From positions 896,001 through 960,000 of the forward strand of contig OZ243037.1 in the NCBI GenBank assembly GCA_965212015.1: a stretch of 64,000 nucleotides of DNA. Direction: 5' to 3'. The position numbers and the translations under genes are program-made. Of the stretch, positions 61,647 to 64,000 are shown in pieces (position 1 is the first letter of the stretch; each line of letters starts with the position of its first letter). Origin of the DNA: Cenarchaeum sp. (lineage in GTDB: Archaea > Thermoproteota > Nitrososphaeria > Nitrososphaerales > Nitrosopumilaceae). The notes under the pieces were generated by a model. It was not told where the DNA came from. It saw only the letters and a list, made by a program, of their open reading frames with translations, and did no database searches.

Positions 61647-62372
61647 CTAGACCTTGAATTTCTGCGACGCGGTTTTGGAGTATTTTTCCAGGTCCTGCTC
61701 TGTGACTTTTTCAAGCTGGCGCTTTTCGGTTGTAATCCTTGCCATCTTTAGGTGCTTTGCGTCATCCCGGGCCTCGGTCTTTAGGTTGATTGCCGCCACC
61801 GCAAGCGTGGCTGCGTCATCCAGGCTCATGTCAGGGCTGTATGTCTTTTCCAAAAATTCGTTTACCTCTTCGGAGCCGGCACCGATTGCCACTGCGGAAT
61901 ACGGCACAAACGTGCCGCTTGGATCCGTGACATAGATGCGCTCCCCCTTTTGATCCACGCCGGCGATTATCAGCGCCACCCCGTACGGCCGGACGCCGGA
62001 ATACTGCGTGAACTGGTGGCACTGATCCGCCAGGTGCTTGGCGACAGTCTCCACCTCTACGGACTCGTCGTACGTCATTTTGTTTCCCTGTGAGAAATAT
62101 CTCGCATTGTCCACCTGAACCCGCGCATCCGGTATGTATCCGGCTGCGGCCACGCCGATGTGCCTGTCTATTTGGAATATTTTCTGAGTGATATCTGATG
62201 CCTGCAAGGCGCGCGGCTTCTCCTCGACTGCGACTACCACGCCCTCCTTTGTCCTGATGCCGATTGCCAGCGTGCCGCGCTTTACCGTCTCTATGGCGTA
62301 TTCCACCTGGTATATGCGGCCGTCTGGCGAATACATGGTGGGCGTCATGTCATACCCGCGCGATGTCATCAT
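61647..62372 (-). CDS. psmA: Proteasome alpha subunit
   Basis: GYDMTPTMYSPDGRIYQVEYA, RPYGV, TDPSG. Confidence 0.97.
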   Translation of the reverse strand: MMTSRGYDMTPTMYSPDGRIYQVEYAIETVKRGTLAIGIRTKEGVVVAVEEKPRALQASDITQKIFQIDRHIGVAAAGYIPDARVQVDNARYFSQGNKMTYDESVEVETVAKHLADQCHQFTQYSGVRPYGVALIIAGVDQKGERIYVTDPSGTFVPYSAVAIGAGSEEVNEFLEKTYSPDMSLDDAATLAVAAINLKTEARDDAKHLKMARITTEKRQLEKVTEQDLEKYSKTASQKFKV

Positions 62373-62479
62373 GTATGGTCGTGAATTTCCAGCAAATTTA
62401 AGGGTAATTATCAGAAAACCGGCCGAATATGGAACAGAACTGGCAATAACGCTATATTGGAAACGGCCGCACCACACCC

Positions 62480-62863
62480 ATGAGTGCAGGCCAGCTAGTA
62501 GAGTTCAAGGCGATAATCAGGACCAGAAATCCCGGCCCCAGAAGGCCCGACAGGCAGGCAAGAAAGCTGCTGCTATACCTCTTTACTGGCACGAGGGGCG
62601 GCTTTACCAGGCTGAGGATAATCATGCTTTTGCTGGACAGGCCGTACAACACGCACCAGCTTGCGCAAAGGATCGGCATGGACTACAAGGCAGTCCAGCA
62701 CCACATGCAGGTACTGGGCAAAAACAACCTAATCTCCAAGTCCGGCGACAGGTATGGCGCAGTCTTTTACCTGTCAAACTTTTTGGAGATCAACATAAAC
62801 GCCCTGGAGGAGGTAATCGAAAAGCTGGAAAAAAGCATGAGCTACAAAAAGGTGTACATTTAG
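62480..62863 (+). CDS. ArsR-family winged-helix regulator
   Basis: GTRGGFTRLRII...NTHQLA...DYKAVQHH...YGA. Confidence 0.88.
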   Translation: MSAGQLVEFKAIIRTRNPGPRRPDRQARKLLLYLFTGTRGGFTRLRIIMLLLDRPYNTHQLAQRIGMDYKAVQHHMQVLGKNNLISKSGDRYGAVFYLSNFLEININALEEVIEKLEKSMSYKKVYI

Positions 62864-62983
62864 AAACGCGCGTCCCTGTCCTCCAAATGGCAGGCGTACC
62901 GGGGCGATCAAGCCTGGGCATCCGCGGGGATGACAGACGGGACACAAACTTAAAATATTATACGGGGTTTGATTACTGCAAGA

Positions 62984-64000
62984 TTGATAAAAAACGATCC
63001 TTTTGCAAACGCGACAAAGCAGGTCAATGACGCGTGCGATATTTTAAAGATAAAAGACGAGGGCCTGAGGGAATATCTGGCAATGCCAAACAGGCTCCTG
63101 CGGGTCAAGATTCCAGTCAGGATGGACGACGGAAAGATCCGCATCTTTACTGGGTTCCGCTGCCAGCACAACAACGACCGCGGCCCGTACAAGGGCGGCA
63201 TACGCTACTTTAACCCCAAGGGCGGAGTCGAGTACATGGAGCGCGAGGTCATGGCACTCTCTTCATGGATGACGTGGAAGTGCGCCATCGTGGACATACC
63301 GCTCGGCGGCGGCAAGGGCGGGATTTACGTCAATCCAAAGACAGAAAAGATAAGCGACGCAGAAAAGGAGAGGATTACCAGGAGATTCGCATACATGATT
63401 GCCGAAGTCATCGGGCCAGAAAAGGACATTCCCGCACCGGACGTCTATACCACGGGAAAGGAAATGACGCAGATAATGGACGTGTACGGCAAGATGAACG
63501 GAAACAGGTATCTGCCCGGCGTCATTACCGGCAAGCCGATTCCGATGGGCGGCTCGCTTGCGCGAAACGTGGCAACCGGACTCGGCGCCGCATACTGTAC
63601 GAGGGAGGCGGCCGGAACGCTAAAGATCAGCATAAAGGGCGCAAAGGTGGTGCTGCAGGGGTTTGGAAACGCGTCGACCTTTGCGGGCGAGTACCTTGAA
63701 AAGATGGGCGCCAGTATAATCGGCGCCAGTGATTCAAAGGGATCAATAATCGTACCCGGCGGCTTCAAGGTGGCAAAGCTGCTCGAGCACAAGCGTAAAA
63801 ACGGATCAGTCGTGGGATTTGCCGGCAGCAAAAAGGCAAGCACGGAGGAGCTGCTTACGACAAAGTGCGACGTCCTGGTTCCCGGCGCGCTAGAAAACCA
63901 GATCGACGCAAAGATTGCAGCAAAGCTGCAGTGCAGGATACTGACCGAGGCCGCAAACGGGCCCACGCTTCCGGAGGCAGACCCGATAATACACAAGAAA
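62984..64000 (+). CDS. gdhA: Glutamate dehydrogenase (partial, runs off window end)
   Basis: Not in ORF track. TTG start MIKNDPFANA..., RGPYKGGIR, GGGKGG, DIPAPDV, TGKP, QGFGN, EAANGP. Confidence 0.96.
   Translation, partial: MIKNDPFANATKQVNDACDILKIKDEGLREYLAMPNRLLRVKIPVRMDDGKIRIFTGFRCQHNNDRGPYKGGIRYFNPKGGVEYMEREVMALSSWMTWKCAIVDIPLGGGKGGIYVNPKTEKISDAEKERITRRFAYMIAEVIGPEKDIPAPDVYTTGKEMTQIMDVYGKMNGNRYLPGVITGKPIPMGGSLARNVATGLGAAYCTREAAGTLKISIKGAKVVLQGFGNASTFAGEYLEKMGASIIGASDSKGSIIVPGGFKVAKLLEHKRKNGSVVGFAGSKKASTEELLTTKCDVLVPGALENQIDAKIAAKLQCRILTEAANGPTLPEADPIIHKK

Noticed and set aside
24436-64000. Numerous overlapping antisense or alternate-frame ORFs in the track
   Set aside because: Expected shadows of GC-rich coding sequence; no motifs.

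Overview
Archaeal chromosome segment, most likely Nitrososphaerota/Nitrosopumilaceae. The inference rests on a CFI-box C-terminal surface protein, thaumarchaeal-style housekeeping genes and an initiator tRNA with a D-loop intron. The GC-rich core and tandem serpins suggest a host-associated (e.g. sponge) lineage. 1-11.4 kb is an AT-rich defence island: a type I RM locus (hsdR, hsdS, hsdM, half-hsdS), a tyrosine recombinase, McrBC and a membrane protein. 11.4-20 kb holds two serpins, a 32-bp tandem repeat and surface or low-complexity proteins. 20-51 kb is core metabolism (ctaB, asd, cobalamin operon, ribosomal proteins, ade, thermosome, guaA/B, folate/pterin genes, pheA, csl4, dph2, tiaS, ilvE, aspartokinase, two tRNAs). 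51.1-58.3 kb is an island at tRNA-Val bounded by ~275-bp direct repeats that contain a pseudo-tRNA, with TA modules and IS remnants inside. 58.5-64 kb is core again (tatA, psmA, gdhA). Top finding: the RM locus contains inverted 11-6-11 bp dif-like sites inside the hsdS genes, next to a tyrosine recombinase. This predicts an invertible, phase-variable archaeal type I RM system switching between a two-TRD and a one-TRD specificity subunit. All calls are from motif reading by eye; no database searches were run.
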